A stretch of DNA of 64,000 nucleotides from Escherichia coli (lineage in GTDB: Bacteria > Pseudomonadota > Gammaproteobacteria > Enterobacterales > Enterobacteriaceae), in assembly GCF_016026235.1 (NCBI RefSeq), contig NZ_CP065613.1; one strand, given 5' to 3'. This document shows positions 10,860 to 21,728 of this stretch, in pieces. The position numbers were made by a program, and so were the translations under genes. Below the pieces are notes generated by a model. It had not been told where the DNA came from. It ran no database searches and saw nothing but the letters and a program-made list of their open reading frames with translations. The stretch's first letter is position 1, and each line of letters begins with the position of its first letter.

Positions 10860-12257
10860 ATGAAGCGACTTAAAAATGAACTTAATGCGCTGGTGAATCG
10901 GGGTGTCGACAGACATCTGCGCCTCGCCGTAACCGGACTAAGCCGCAGCGGCAAAACAGCGTTTATCACTGCGATGGTCAATCAGTTGCTCAATATTCAC
11001 GCCGGAGCACGCTTGCCGCTGTTAAGCGCGGTGCGTGAAGAGCGTCTGCTGGGCGTAAAACGCATTCCTCAGCGTGACTTTGGCATTCCGCGCTTCACAT
11101 ATGATGAAGGACTGGCGCAGTTATATGGCGATCCTCCCGCCTGGCCGACGCCTACGCGCGGCGTCAGCGAAATTCGCCTGGCGCTACGCTATAAATCGAA
11201 CGATTCGCTGCTGCGCCACTTTAAGGATACCTCCACGCTGTATCTGGAGATTGTGGATTACCCTGGCGAATGGCTGCTCGACCTGCCGATGCTGGCGCAG
11301 GATTACTTAAGCTGGTCGCGGCAGATGACAGGCTTGCTCAATGGTCAGCGCGGCGTGTGGTCGGCGAAATGGCGGATGATGTGCGAAGGTCTGGACCCGT
11401 TAGCGCCTGCCGACGAAAACCGACTGGCAGACATTGCCGCCGCGTGGACCGATTATCTCCACCACTGTAAACAGCAGGGGCTGCACTTTATTCAGCCTGG
11501 GCGCTTTGTCTTGCCGGGGGATATGGCAGGTGCGCCCGCGCTGCAATTCTTCCCGTGGCCGGATGTCGATGCCTGGGGCGAGTCCAAACTGGCGCAGGCC
11601 GATAAGCACACCAATGCCGGAATGCTGCGCGAGCGGTTTAATTATTACTGCGAGAAGGTGGTGAAGGGGTTCTATAAGAATCATTTTCTGCGCTTTGACC
11701 GCCAGATTGTGCTGGTGGATTGCCTGCAACCTCTCAACAGTGGGCCACAGGCATTTAATGATATGCGTCTGGCACTGACGCAGCTGATGCAAAGTTTCCA
11801 CTACGGGCAGCGCACGCTGTTTCGCCGCTTATTCTCGCCGGTTATCGACAAACTGCTGTTTGCCGCGACGAAAGCGGACCATGTAACGGTCGATCAGCAC
11901 GCCAATATGGTTTCATTACTGCAACAACTGATTCAGGATGCCTGGCAAAATGCGGCGTTTGAAGGGATTAGTATGGATTGCCTGGGGCTGGCCTCGGTGC
12001 AGGCGACCACCAGCGGCATTATTGACGTCAACGGCGAGAAAATTCCGGCATTGCGCGGTAACCGGCTCAGCGATGGTGCGCCTCTCACCGTTTACCCCGG
12101 TGAAGTTCCTGCGCGTTTGCCCGGTCAGGCGTTCTGGGACAAGCAAGGGTTCCAGTTTGAAGCGTTTCGCCCGCAGGTGATGGATGTCGACAAACCACTA
12201 CCGCATATTCGTCTTGATGCTGCGCTGGAATTTTTAATAGGAGATAAATTGCGATGA
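10860..12257 (+). CDS. ycjX: conserved P-loop protein YcjX
   Basis: Start chosen at [12 protein letters not shown] within longer ORF; Walker A GLSRSGKT; synteny. Confidence 0.85.
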   Translation: MKRLKNELNALVNRGVDRHLRLAVTGLSRSGKTAFITAMVNQLLNIHAGARLPLLSAVREERLLGVKRIPQRDFGIPRFTYDEGLAQLYGDPPAWPTPTRGVSEIRLALRYKSNDSLLRHFKDTSTLYLEIVDYPGEWLLDLPMLAQDYLSWSRQMTGLLNGQRGVWSAKWRMMCEGLDPLAPADENRLADIAAAWTDYLHHCKQQGLHFIQPGRFVLPGDMAGAPALQFFPWPDVDAWGESKLAQADKHTNAGMLRERFNYYCEKVVKGFYKNHFLRFDRQIVLVDCLQPLNSGPQAFNDMRLALTQLMQSFHYGQRTLFRRLFSPVIDKLLFAATKADHVTVDQHANMVSLLQQLIQDAWQNAAFEGISMDCLGLASVQATTSGIIDVNGEKIPALRGNRLSDGAPLTVYPGEVPARLPGQAFWDKQGFQFEAFRPQVMDVDKPLPHIRLDAALEFLIGDKLR

Positions 12258-13315
12258 CCGAACCGTTAAAACCACGTATTGATTTCGACGGTCCGCTGGA
12301 GGTCGATCAGAATCCAAAATTCAGGGCGCAGCAGACCTTTGACGAAAATCAGGCGCAAAATTTTGCCCCGGCCACGCTCGACGAAGCGCAGGAAGAAGAG
12401 GGGCAAGTCGAAGCGGTAATGGACGCAGCGTTACGTCCGAAACGCAGCCTGTGGCGCAAAATGGTGATGGGCGGGCTGGCTCTGTTTGGCGCAAGCGTTG
12501 TCGGGCAGGGCGTGCAGTGGACAATGAATGCCTGGCAAACTCAGGACTGGGTGGCGCTGGGTGGATGTGCCGCTGGGGCATTGATTATCGGCGCTGGCGT
12601 AGGTTCTGTGGTAACAGAGTGGCGGCGCTTATGGCGCTTGCGACAGCGCGCCCATGAACGCGACGAAGCGCGTGATTTATTGCATAGCCACGGAACCGGC
12701 AAAGGCCGCGCATTTTGCGAAAAACTGGCGCAGCAGGCGGGCATCGATCAGTCACATCCGGCGCTGCAACGCTGGTATGCCTCAATCCATGAAACGCAAA
12801 ACGACCGTGAAGTGGTCAGTTTGTATGCGCATTTGGTCCAGCCAGTTTTAGATGCCCAGGCGCGGCGCGAAATCAGCCGTTCGGCAGCGGAATCAACGTT
12901 GATGATTGCGGTCAGCCCGCTGGCGCTGGTGGATATGGCATTTATCGCCTGGCGCAATCTGCGTTTGATTAATCGCATCGCCACGCTGTATGGCATTGAA
13001 CTGGGGTATTACAGCCGTTTGCGCCTGTTCAAGCTGGTATTGCTGAATATCGCTTTCGCCGGAGCCAGCGAATTGGTGCGCGAAGTGGGGATGGACTGGA
13101 TGTCGCAAGATCTCGCTGCTCGTTTGTCTACCCGCGCAGCTCAGGGGATTGGTGCTGGGCTTCTGACTGCACGACTCGGGATTAAAGCTATGGAGCTTTG
13201 CCGCCCACTGCCGTGGATTGACGATGACAAACCTCGCCTCGGGGATTTCCGTCGTCAGCTTATCGGTCAGGTGAAAGAAACGCTGCAAAAAGGCAAAACG
13301 CCCAGCGAAAAATAA
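12254..13315 (+). CDS. ycjF: inner membrane protein YcjF
   Basis: 353-aa ORF overlapping ycjX stop; hydrophobic central segments. Confidence 0.88.
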   Translation: MTEPLKPRIDFDGPLEVDQNPKFRAQQTFDENQAQNFAPATLDEAQEEEGQVEAVMDAALRPKRSLWRKMVMGGLALFGASVVGQGVQWTMNAWQTQDWVALGGCAAGALIIGAGVGSVVTEWRRLWRLRQRAHERDEARDLLHSHGTGKGRAFCEKLAQQAGIDQSHPALQRWYASIHETQNDREVVSLYAHLVQPVLDAQARREISRSAAESTLMIAVSPLALVDMAFIAWRNLRLINRIATLYGIELGYYSRLRLFKLVLLNIAFAGASELVREVGMDWMSQDLAARLSTRAAQGIGAGLLTARLGIKAMELCRPLPWIDDDKPRLGDFRRQLIGQVKETLQKGKTPSEK

Positions 13316-13374
13316 TGCAATATCGGGTGCTGACCGGATATCTTTACGCCGAAGTGCCCGTTTTTCCGTCTTTG

Positions 13375-13392
13375 TGTCAATGATTGTTGACA
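13375..13392. promoter_or_regulatory. TyrR-box-like palindrome upstream of tyrR
   Basis: TGTCAA-N6-TTGACA palindrome about 70 bp upstream of tyrR start. Confidence 0.45.
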
Positions 13393-13462
13393 GAAACCTT
13401 CCTGCTATCCAAATAGTGTCATATCATCATATTAATTGTTCTTTTTTCAGGTGAAGGTTCCC

Positions 13463-15004
13463 ATGCGTCTGGAAGTCTTTTGTGAAGACCGACTCGGTCT
13501 GACCCGCGAATTACTCGATCTACTCGTGCTAAGAGGCATTGATTTACGCGGTATTGAGATTGATCCCATTGGGCGAATCTACCTCAATTTTGCTGAACTG
13601 GAGTTTGAGAGTTTCAGCAGTCTGATGGCCGAAATACGCCGTATTGCAGGTGTTACCGATGTGCGTACTGTCCCGTGGATGCCTTCCGAACGTGAGCATC
13701 TGGCGTTGAGCGCGTTACTGGAGGCGTTGCCTGAACCTGTGCTCTCTGTCGATATGAAAAGCAAAGTGGATATGGCGAACCCGGCGAGCTGTCAGCTTTT
13801 TGGGCAAAAATTGGATCGCCTGCGCAACCATACCGCCGCACAATTGATTAACGGCTTTAATTTTTTACGTTGGCTGGAAAGCGAACCGCAAGATTCCCAT
13901 AACGAGCATGTTGTTATTAATGGACAGAACTTCCTGATGGAGATTACGCCTGTTTATCTTCAGGATGAAAATGATCAACACGTCCTGACAGGTGCGGTGG
14001 TGATGTTGCGATCAACGATTCGTATGGGCCGTCAGTTGCAAAATGTCGCCGCCCAGGACGTCAGCGCCTTCAGTCAAATTGTCGCTGTCAGCCCGAAAAT
14101 GAAGCATGTTGTCGAACAGGCGCAGAAACTGGCGATGCTAAGCGCGCCGCTGCTGATTACGGGTGACACAGGTACAGGTAAAGATCTTTTTGCCTACGCC
14201 TGCCATCAGGCAAGCCCAAGAGCGAGCAAACCTTACCTGGCGCTGAACTGTGCGTCTATACCGGAAGATGCGGTCGAGAGTGAGCTGTTTGGTCATGCTC
14301 CGGAAGGGAAGAAAGGATTCTTTGAGCAGGCGAACGGTGGTTCGGTGCTGTTGGATGAAATAGGGGAAATGTCACCACGGATGCAGGCGAAATTACTGCG
14401 TTTCCTTAATGATGGCACTTTCCGTCGGGTTGGCGAAGACCATGAGGTGCATGTCGATGTGCGGGTGATTTGCGCTACGCAGAAGAATCTGGTCGAACTG
14501 GTGCAAAAAGGCGTGTTCCGTGAAGATCTCTATTATCGTCTGAACGTGTTGACGCTCAATCTGCCGCCGCTACGTGACTGTCCGCAGGACATCATGCCGT
14601 TAACCGAGCTGTTCGTCGCCCGCTTTGCCGACGAGCAGGGCGTGCCGCGTCCGAAACTGGCCGCTGACCTGAATACTGTACTTACGCGTTATGCGTGGCC
14701 GGGAAATGTGCGGCAGTTAAAGAACGCTATCTATCGCGCACTGACACAACTGGACGGTTATGAGCTGCGTCCACAGGATATTTTGTTGCCGGATTATGAC
14801 GCCGCAACGGTAGCCGTGGGCGAAGATGCGATGGAAGGTTCGCTGGACGAAATCACCAGCCGTTTTGAACGCTCGGTATTAACCCAGCTTTATCGCAATT
14901 ATCCCAGCACGCGCAAACTGGCAAAACGTCTCGGCGTTTCACATACCGCGATTGCCAATAAGTTGCGGGAATATGGTCTGAGTCAGAAGAAGAACGAAGA
15001 GTAA
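13463..15004 (+). CDS. tyrR: transcriptional regulator TyrR
   Basis: Start at MRLEVFCEDR; sigma54-type AAA+ domain GDTGTGKD and C-terminal HTH. Confidence 0.92.
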   Translation: MRLEVFCEDRLGLTRELLDLLVLRGIDLRGIEIDPIGRIYLNFAELEFESFSSLMAEIRRIAGVTDVRTVPWMPSEREHLALSALLEALPEPVLSVDMKSKVDMANPASCQLFGQKLDRLRNHTAAQLINGFNFLRWLESEPQDSHNEHVVINGQNFLMEITPVYLQDENDQHVLTGAVVMLRSTIRMGRQLQNVAAQDVSAFSQIVAVSPKMKHVVEQAQKLAMLSAPLLITGDTGTGKDLFAYACHQASPRASKPYLALNCASIPEDAVESELFGHAPEGKKGFFEQANGGSVLLDEIGEMSPRMQAKLLRFLNDGTFRRVGEDHEVHVDVRVICATQKNLVELVQKGVFREDLYYRLNVLTLNLPPLRDCPQDIMPLTELFVARFADEQGVPRPKLAADLNTVLTRYAWPGNVRQLKNAIYRALTQLDGYELRPQDILLPDYDAATVAVGEDAMEGSLDEITSRFERSVLTQLYRNYPSTRKLAKRLGVSHTAIANKLREYGLSQKKNEE

Positions 15005-15010
15005 GCGCGA

Positions 15011-15042
15011 ATATGCCTGATGGTGCAACACCATCAGGCATA
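15011..15042. terminator. bidirectional hairpin terminator between tyrR and tpx
   Basis: Perfect palindrome atatgcctgatggtg...caccatcaggcatat between convergent genes. Confidence 0.6.
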
Positions 15043-15047
15043 TTAAC

Positions 15048-15554
15048 TTATGCTTTCAGTACAGCCAGAGCTGCTTCGTAATCCGGCTCGGTGGTGATTT
15101 CATCCACCAGCTGACTGAAAATCACATTGTCATTTTCATCAATAACCACAACGGCACGCGCTGCCAGACCTTTCAGTGGGCCATCAGCAATTGCCACACC
15201 GTAGGCTTGCAGGAATTCAGCGTTACGGAAAGTGGAGAGGGTGATAACGTTGTTCAGACCTTCTGCGCCGCAGAAACGAGACTGGGCGAACGGCAGATCG
15301 GCAGAGATACACAGCACAACGGTGTTGTCGATCTCGGTTGCCAGTTGGTTAAACTTACGTACTGATGCGGCGCAAACACCGGTATCAATACTCGGGAAAA
15401 TGTTCAGCACTTTGCGTTTACCCGCAAACTGACCGAGGGTGACGTCAGACAGATCTTTTGCCACGAGAGTAAAAGTCTGCGCTTTGCTACCCGCCTGCGG
15501 GATGGAGTTGGCGACTGTAACCGGGTTGCCCTGGAAATGAACGGTTTGTGACAT
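15048..15554 (-). CDS. tpx: thiol peroxidase
   Basis: 168-aa [17 protein letters not shown]; peroxiredoxin sequence. Confidence 0.95.
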   Translation of the reverse strand: MSQTVHFQGNPVTVANSIPQAGSKAQTFTLVAKDLSDVTLGQFAGKRKVLNIFPSIDTGVCAASVRKFNQLATEIDNTVVLCISADLPFAQSRFCGAEGLNNVITLSTFRNAEFLQAYGVAIADGPLKGLAARAVVVIDENDNVIFSQLVDEITTEPDYEAALAVLKA

Positions 15555-15672
15555 GATTATCTTTCCTGTTTACATATAGTTAACGTCACACCTAGTTTAT
15601 GCTAACTGTCAATAACACAGCAAACGCTATTTGCGCTTAATCCGCAGACCACCGCGACAACAAGGAGTAAAG

Positions 15673-16638
15673 ATGAGAACCGTTAAGGTATTTGAGGAAG
15701 CCTGGCCCTTACATACCCCGTTTGTGATTGCCCGGGGAAGTCGCAGTGAAGCGCGCGTGGTGGTGGTTGAACTGGAAGAAGAGGGTATTAAAGGCACCGG
15801 CGAATGCACGCCGTATCCGCGTTATGGAGAAAGTGATGCCTCGGTAATGGCGCAAATTATGAGCGTCGTACCGCAATTAGAGAAAGGGCTGACACGGGAG
15901 GAGTTGCAAAAAATTCTCCCTGCCGGCGCAGCACGTAATGCGCTGGATTGTGCATTGTGGGATCTGGCGGCGCGAAAACAGCAGCAATCGCTGGCTGATT
16001 TGATCGGCATAACGCTTCCCGAGACAGTCACCACTGCACAGACGGTAGTCATCGGTACGCCTGATCAGATGGCCAATAGCGCATCAACACTCTGGCAGGC
16101 CGGCGCGAAATTATTGAAAGTGAAGCTGGATAACCATCTTATCAGTGAGCGGATGGTGGCAATTCGCACAGCTGTGCCCGATGCCACGCTGATCGTTGAT
16201 GCAAATGAATCATGGCGTGCAGAAGGGTTGGCGGCACGTTGCCAGCTATTGGCGGATTTAGGCGTTGCTATGCTTGAACAACCGCTTCCTGCGCAGGACG
16301 ATGCGGCACTGGAGAATTTTATTCATCCGTTACCGATTTGTGCTGATGAAAGTTGTCATACTCGTAGCAATCTGAAGGCGCTGAAAGGGCGCTATGAGAT
16401 GGTTAACATTAAGCTCGATAAAACCGGGGGGCTGACGGAAGCGCTGGCGCTGGCGACTGAAGCACGTGCACAAGGTTTTCGTCTGATGCTGGGCTGCATG
16501 TTGTGTACCTCTCGTGCCATTAGCGCCGCTTTACCGCTGGTGCCGCAGGTCAGTTTCGCCGATCTTGACGGACCGACCTGGCTGGCGGTAGATGTGGAAC
16601 CGGCGCTTCAGTTCACGACGGGCGAATTGCATCTTTAG
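15673..16638 (+). CDS. ycjG: L-Ala-D/L-Glu epimerase (enolase superfamily)
   Basis: Start at MRTVKVFEEAW within longer ORF; synteny. Confidence 0.85.
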   Translation: MRTVKVFEEAWPLHTPFVIARGSRSEARVVVVELEEEGIKGTGECTPYPRYGESDASVMAQIMSVVPQLEKGLTREELQKILPAGAARNALDCALWDLAARKQQQSLADLIGITLPETVTTAQTVVIGTPDQMANSASTLWQAGAKLLKVKLDNHLISERMVAIRTAVPDATLIVDANESWRAEGLAARCQLLADLGVAMLEQPLPAQDDAALENFIHPLPICADESCHTRSNLKALKGRYEMVNIKLDKTGGLTEALALATEARAQGFRLMLGCMLCTSRAISAALPLVPQVSFADLDGPTWLAVDVEPALQFTTGELHL

Positions 16639-17341
16639 GATGCCAGCGCAGCAAGTTTGCCATCGCAAAGAGATATTTTTCGCTGGCTTCGTCGGAGGAG
16701 ATGGGCGGAAACTCTGCGGTGATGCAATGCAAGTTCAGATCTGCACACCAACTGCCGAAAGAGCCAGGCGTTTCATAACCGACGCTGGTTACCAGAGGCA
16801 ATTCAAACGCCTGAGCCAGCCATTCGCCTAATTCGCTGTGTCTGGGATCTTCAATACAGGCCAGTGGATCGTGGAATGAGACCACCCAGGCAGGTTGAAT
16901 GCGGTGTATAAGCTGGCACAGCGCCTGGGTTTCAGGTTCGGAGCCAGGTTTGTCACCAGTCAGTAATACGACATCACGTTCTTCAGCGGCGCTGTTCCAG
17001 CGATAAACCGTTTCACCTTCCTTCCAGTTTGCCGCCGGAAAGTTTCTGTTTAAATCCACACCATTAGCATTGGCCCGTAACCCCAGCTGGCAGCCGTCAG
17101 GATTCACACACAGCACCACATGATGGCGGCGCAAAGAAGGTGTCAAAGTCCGCAGAGCACAGGAGAGCGTGACGACCGAAGAGTTTTCATCACCGTGAGT
17201 GCCAGCCAGAATCAAACCACTTTCGCGACTGGCTGCAGGGGCCGGAAACCAGATTAACGGCGCGCCCAATAATGAACGTCCGTAATGTTCTGTTCCGGGC
17301 GGAAATGCGCCGCGTTCGGCGCGTGGGCGGGTTACGGTCAT
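16613..17341 (-). CDS. mpaA: murein tripeptide amidase (zinc carboxypeptidase family)
   Basis: Start at MTVTRPRAERG; convergent 26-bp overlap with ycjG end. Confidence 0.85.
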   Translation of the reverse strand: MTVTRPRAERGAFPPGTEHYGRSLLGAPLIWFPAPAASRESGLILAGTHGDENSSVVTLSCALRTLTPSLRRHHVVLCVNPDGCQLGLRANANGVDLNRNFPAANWKEGETVYRWNSAAEERDVVLLTGDKPGSEPETQALCQLIHRIQPAWVVSFHDPLACIEDPRHSELGEWLAQAFELPLVTSVGYETPGSFGSWCADLNLHCITAEFPPISSDEASEKYLFAMANLLRWHPKDAIRPS

Positions 17342-17631
17342 GATCGTCTCTGGTTCAGGAAGTATTACAGGCAGTGTTGTGCAAATTTTGCGGATTATCA
17401 AATCCTTTTCTTCAACGCTATGTCATCGATCTTGTATCACTTTTTTGCCGGAAGTTGTTTGTATTTTTATTGATGTGCAGATATTAGAATTGTCGTAATG
17501 TTATATACATGGCGTATTTTATTCTTACTGGTTCTACACATGTTAATCGCATCTGATTGATCAGTTCACCTTAATAAGTTTAATAAATCGTACTGCACAT
17601 AGTACAGTACGATGGTGGCTATATAATTGAT

Positions 17632-18270
17632 TTACATGAAGAATGGCTTATCGCCATCAGTCCCGGGTTGATTGATGCCTATATTCTCATCAATGTGTTT
17701 CTCAGGTTTATCGATGATATCTGTAATTAATGCTGCGACACTCTTACGTGATACGATCGTACCTTTGAATGGTTCATTGCGTGAGGTAAGCTCATAATCA
17801 ATAATATCTTCATCCGTCAGCCAGGCAGGGCGAAGAATTGTATATTCCAGTCCAGAAGCCTCAATTGCATCCGCAGCCCTGCGGAATGGTTTTAGGGGCT
17901 CACCAATAACTGCATTATTCCATTCGCCAAATTTTCCAGGAACTTCATCATAAATGCCGAGGGAAAGAACAAAGATCAGACGTTTAACATCACAGGCTTT
18001 CATCGCAGCGATCACTGAATTTGCCTGAATATCTAAATCTTCCCCCGTAAGGTTGGCATACACAATATCCTGTCCCTGCATGGCCTGCTTCAGTGCTGCA
18101 TGATTCAGTACATCCCCCATAATAATCTGGCTATTAGTTGGATAGGGTTTGTGTATTTTTGCTGGCTGACGAGCAAATAAAGTTTGTTTAATGGTTTGTT
18201 TATCTGCCAGTTGATTAATCACATGGCGGGCTATCTGACCGCCAGCACCAAGAATGAGTACATTTTTCAT
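17632..18270 (-). CDS. NAD(P)-binding NmrA-like protein
   Basis: N-terminal Rossmann motif MKNVLILGAGGQIARH; lies between mpaA and the hydrolase genes. Confidence 0.7.
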   Translation of the reverse strand: MKNVLILGAGGQIARHVINQLADKQTIKQTLFARQPAKIHKPYPTNSQIIMGDVLNHAALKQAMQGQDIVYANLTGEDLDIQANSVIAAMKACDVKRLIFVLSLGIYDEVPGKFGEWNNAVIGEPLKPFRRAADAIEASGLEYTILRPAWLTDEDIIDYELTSRNEPFKGTIVSRKSVAALITDIIDKPEKHIDENIGINQPGTDGDKPFFM

Positions 18271-18870
18271 AATATTTCTCATGAAACTTATCACAGATGG
18301 GTGTTGAAAAAAGGAATAACTTTTTCCAGCTCCTCCTGAACAGCTTCCGGTTTGTCATACAGTTCATAATGTGAGAAATCGGGTAATGAAACTAACTGAC
18401 GATCCTGCGAAACCATCGCCCGGCCATAGACTTCCAGTCCATCACGATAAGCACCGAAGGCACCGACTTTTTCACCAACTACTACCATCACCGGCTGAGT
18501 CAGTAACACTTCAGTAAATGCGAAGGCATCCCAGGCCAGCGTTTTCTGTGCATGTGAGAACAACATTTTTGTCGCACCTCCCGGTTGTTGCCCGCGTGGT
18601 GTTTTATAGTAGTCAGTTGCTTCATAAACATCGCGTTCGGTCAGTCCATGGGCTTTTGCTGCATCCAGGCTGGCGGGAAGTAATTCGTTGATCTGTAATT
18701 CTCCACCACGAGCCTCTTTGGTTCGTTGCGACGCCATTGCATTCAATGCGCCAATCGGATCGTAATTGCTGAAACCTTCCCGAAAAAGACGCCCGATATT
18801 AACACCCGTAATACTCACTACAGCTTTAATTCGTTTTTCTGTCAGCGCGGCATTAATGGCATAGCCACCC

Positions 18871-20320
18871 GTTACTTTATTCGTACCCCTTATAATGGGG
18901 TGTTAGCCAGCCAGACCCGGCATGATTACTGCCCCCAGTCGTCCATGATCCGGGGGGTGATGTCACCGGGTCTGGTGGGGCGCTGGTAACCGCTAATAGG
19001 GGTCAGGTCAGGCACTTTTGCCGGGACCGTCTGTAACGTGGATGCCGGTACCTGCTCCCCGTGGTTATCTGGTTAACCCATATACAAGGGAGACAGAATG
19101 ACCGAATCCAGCGATTACGAATCCGTCCAGGTCTTTATCGGCGTTGATGTCGGTAAAGATACGCATCACGCTGTTGCCATTAATCGTTCAGGTAAACGCC
19201 TGTTCGATAAAGCATTACCCAACGACGAAAACAAACTCAGGTCGCTAATATCTGACCTGAAACAACATGGTCAGATACTGCTGGTTGTTGATCAGCCAGC
19301 TACCATCGGTGCGTTACCTGTCGCCGTTGCCCGCTCAGAAGGAGTCCTTGTCGGATACCTCCCTGGACTGGCCATGCGCCGCATAGCCGACTTACACGCC
19401 GGTGAAGCTAAAACTGATGCTCGTGACGCTGCCATCATTGCCGAAGCTGCCCGTACCCTGCCTCACGCGCTACGCACGCTGAAACTGGCTGACGAGCAAA
19501 TCGCCGAACTCTCCATGCTCTGCGGCTTCGATGATGATCTTGCCGCACAGACAACGCAGGCCAGCAACCGTATCCGCGGCCTTCTGACCCAGATACATCC
19601 GGCACTGGAGCGCGTTCTCGGTCCGAGACTTGAGCACCCGGCGGTACTCGATCTTCTCCAGCGATATCCCTCACCAGAAAAACTCGCTTCGCTGGGTGAG
19701 AAGAAGCTGGCAGCCCAGCTCTGCAAACTTGCGCCTCGTCTGGGTAAACGCCTTGCAGCAGACATAGCTCAGGCACTGGCCGAACAAACCGTCGTCGTTC
19801 CCGGCACGAATGCCGCTGCCGTAGTACTGCCACGTCTGGCACTCCAGCTCATCACGCTGCGTAAGCAAAGAGACGAGGTGGCGCTTGAGGTAGAACAGCG
19901 AGTTCTTGCTCACCCTCTTTACCCGGTCCTGACCAGTATGCCCGGAGTCGGTGTCAGGACCGCAGCCAGACTCCTCACCGAGGTCGCCTGCCGCGCCTTC
20001 GCCTCTGCCGCACATCTCGCTGCTTATGCTGGCCTTGCGCCGGTAACTCGGCGATCCGGCTCGTCAATACGCGGTGAGCATCCCTCGCGACGGGGTAATA
20101 AAGCTCTCAAACGGGCGTTGTTCCTGTCGGCCTTCGCCGCGCTCAGGGATCCGCTCTCCAGGGCTTACTACACCCGCAAAATGAGTCAGGGAAAACGACA
20201 CAATCAGGCGCTTATCGCCCTGGCGAGACGACGCTGCGACGTTCTGTTCGCCATGATGCGCGACGGGACTTTTTATACCCCGCAGGGGTCATAACATGCT
20301 TGACAACTTAATAGGGGCAC
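18871..20320 (+). mobile_element. IS110-family insertion sequence (about 1.45 kb, no terminal inverted repeats seen)
   Basis: Limits set by loss of hydrolase homology on both sides; 227-bp 5' leader, transposase ORF, 26-bp 3' end. Confidence 0.75.
19098..20294 (+). CDS. IS110-family transposase (DEDD N-domain plus C-terminal domain)
   Basis: 398 aa; N-terminal FIGVDVGKDTHHAV and C-terminal MPGVGVRTAARLL motifs; RBS aagggag. Confidence 0.85.
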   Translation: MTESSDYESVQVFIGVDVGKDTHHAVAINRSGKRLFDKALPNDENKLRSLISDLKQHGQILLVVDQPATIGALPVAVARSEGVLVGYLPGLAMRRIADLHAGEAKTDARDAAIIAEAARTLPHALRTLKLADEQIAELSMLCGFDDDLAAQTTQASNRIRGLLTQIHPALERVLGPRLEHPAVLDLLQRYPSPEKLASLGEKKLAAQLCKLAPRLGKRLAADIAQALAEQTVVVPGTNAAAVVLPRLALQLITLRKQRDEVALEVEQRVLAHPLYPVLTSMPGVGVRTAARLLTEVACRAFASAAHLAAYAGLAPVTRRSGSSIRGEHPSRRGNKALKRALFLSAFAALRDPLSRAYYTRKMSQGKRHNQALIALARRRCDVLFAMMRDGTFYTPQGS

Positions 20321-20670
20321 CCCCCCACACACACCCAGCACGCCAATGCGTTCAGCATCAACATATGGCAGAGTTACTGCATAATCGATAACACGGCTAA
20401 TATCCTCTACGCGCTGTGTCGGATCTTCTATCCAACGAGGCTCCCCACCAGATTCTCCCTGGAAACTGGCGTCATAAGCGAGAACGACATAGCCTTTTTC
20501 AGCCAATGCCTTGCCATAGATATTGCCAGACGTCTGCTCCTTACAACTGCCAAAAGGATGGACGCTGATAATCGCCGGATACTGTTTTGACTCATCAAAA
20601 TTTGGTGGAAACTGAATATTGGCAGCAATATGCCAGGCCATATCACTATTGCGGATTTGAATATGTTTCA

Positions 20671-21591
20671 TTACAGAGTTTCCTCAAAGAACGGAGCTAA
20701 TACTGAAATTGCTTCAGCCACATAGGCTTTGCCGTCATAAAGATCCATATGGTTTGCGCCTTCAACAATGTGATAGCGTTTATCCTGGCTTGATGCCCGA
20801 TCGTACAGGTCGTCACTCATCCATTTGCTCCCTGCCTGGCTGCCCGCCACAATCTGCGTCGGCTGAGTCAGGTACACTTCCGCCATATGGTAAGCATCAT
20901 AGGTAATAATCTGGTTAAGGCTGCGCAAAGTAGCGTAACCCGGTGCTGTTGGATACTGCGCGCGAGGGGTGTGGTAATACTCCCAGGCCTGACGCAGTTC
21001 TTCGTTCGGCGCATCGGACTCCTTCATTGGTGCCAGTGGCATAATGGCGTATTCTTCGCTGCTAATATCGCTGGTTCGGGCGTTTGAGCCAGCTTCAATG
21101 TGTGGCAGAGCATCAATAGATTTCACATTGTTTTCCCAACCATTGCGGAACATCGAACCAATATTGACCGCACTAACGGTACCGATGGCCTTGATGCGGC
21201 GATCCTGAATTGCAGCATTGGCTGTATATCCTGCACCGGCACAAATTCCCATCGCACCAATTCGGGTATTGTCGACATAAGAAAGCGTTGTCAGGTAATC
21301 AATCACGGCACTGACGTCTTCAGTACGAATGTATGGGTTTTCTAACTGACGCGGCTCGCCGCCACTTTCACCCTGATAAGATGCGTCATAAGCAATAGTG
21401 ACAAATCCCTTTTCCGCCAGTTTTTCGGCATAGGTCCCGGCCGTTTGTTCTTTAACGCCCCCACCTGGGTGAGATACCACAATTGCCGGATATTGACGGG
21501 TTTCATCAAATTTTGGAGGAAAATAGATCACTGCAGACAAAGAGATGGTTGGATTATTGCTGTTAGTGAAGCTGACTTTATTATTCATCAT
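20671..21591 (-). CDS. ycjY: alpha/beta hydrolase
   Basis: Intact ORF divergent from pgrR; ATGA overlap with the downstream paralog. Confidence 0.75.
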   Translation of the reverse strand: MMNNKVSFTNSNNPTISLSAVIYFPPKFDETRQYPAIVVSHPGGGVKEQTAGTYAEKLAEKGFVTIAYDASYQGESGGEPRQLENPYIRTEDVSAVIDYLTTLSYVDNTRIGAMGICAGAGYTANAAIQDRRIKAIGTVSAVNIGSMFRNGWENNVKSIDALPHIEAGSNARTSDISSEEYAIMPLAPMKESDAPNEELRQAWEYYHTPRAQYPTAPGYATLRSLNQIITYDAYHMAEVYLTQPTQIVAGSQAGSKWMSDDLYDRASSQDKRYHIVEGANHMDLYDGKAYVAEAISVLAPFFEETL

Positions 21592-21728
21592 TCCGTTCCT
21601 CATGGAGTTGTTGGTTCGTTTTAACGGTTGGTGATATCACTATAGATATTGATCATTAAGTTGATTAGACCCAAAATCATGATTAGACCTATCATTTAAA
21701 TGATTAATAGATTGTATGGAGATACTGA

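Larger units (their letters stand above)
18291..20671 (-). pseudogene. alpha/beta hydrolase (ycjY paralog) split by an IS110-family insertion
   Basis: N-terminal fragment 20321-20671 and C-terminal fragment 18291-18870 both align to the intact paralog at 20671-21591; junction GVCGG / GGYAINAAL. Confidence 0.75.
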
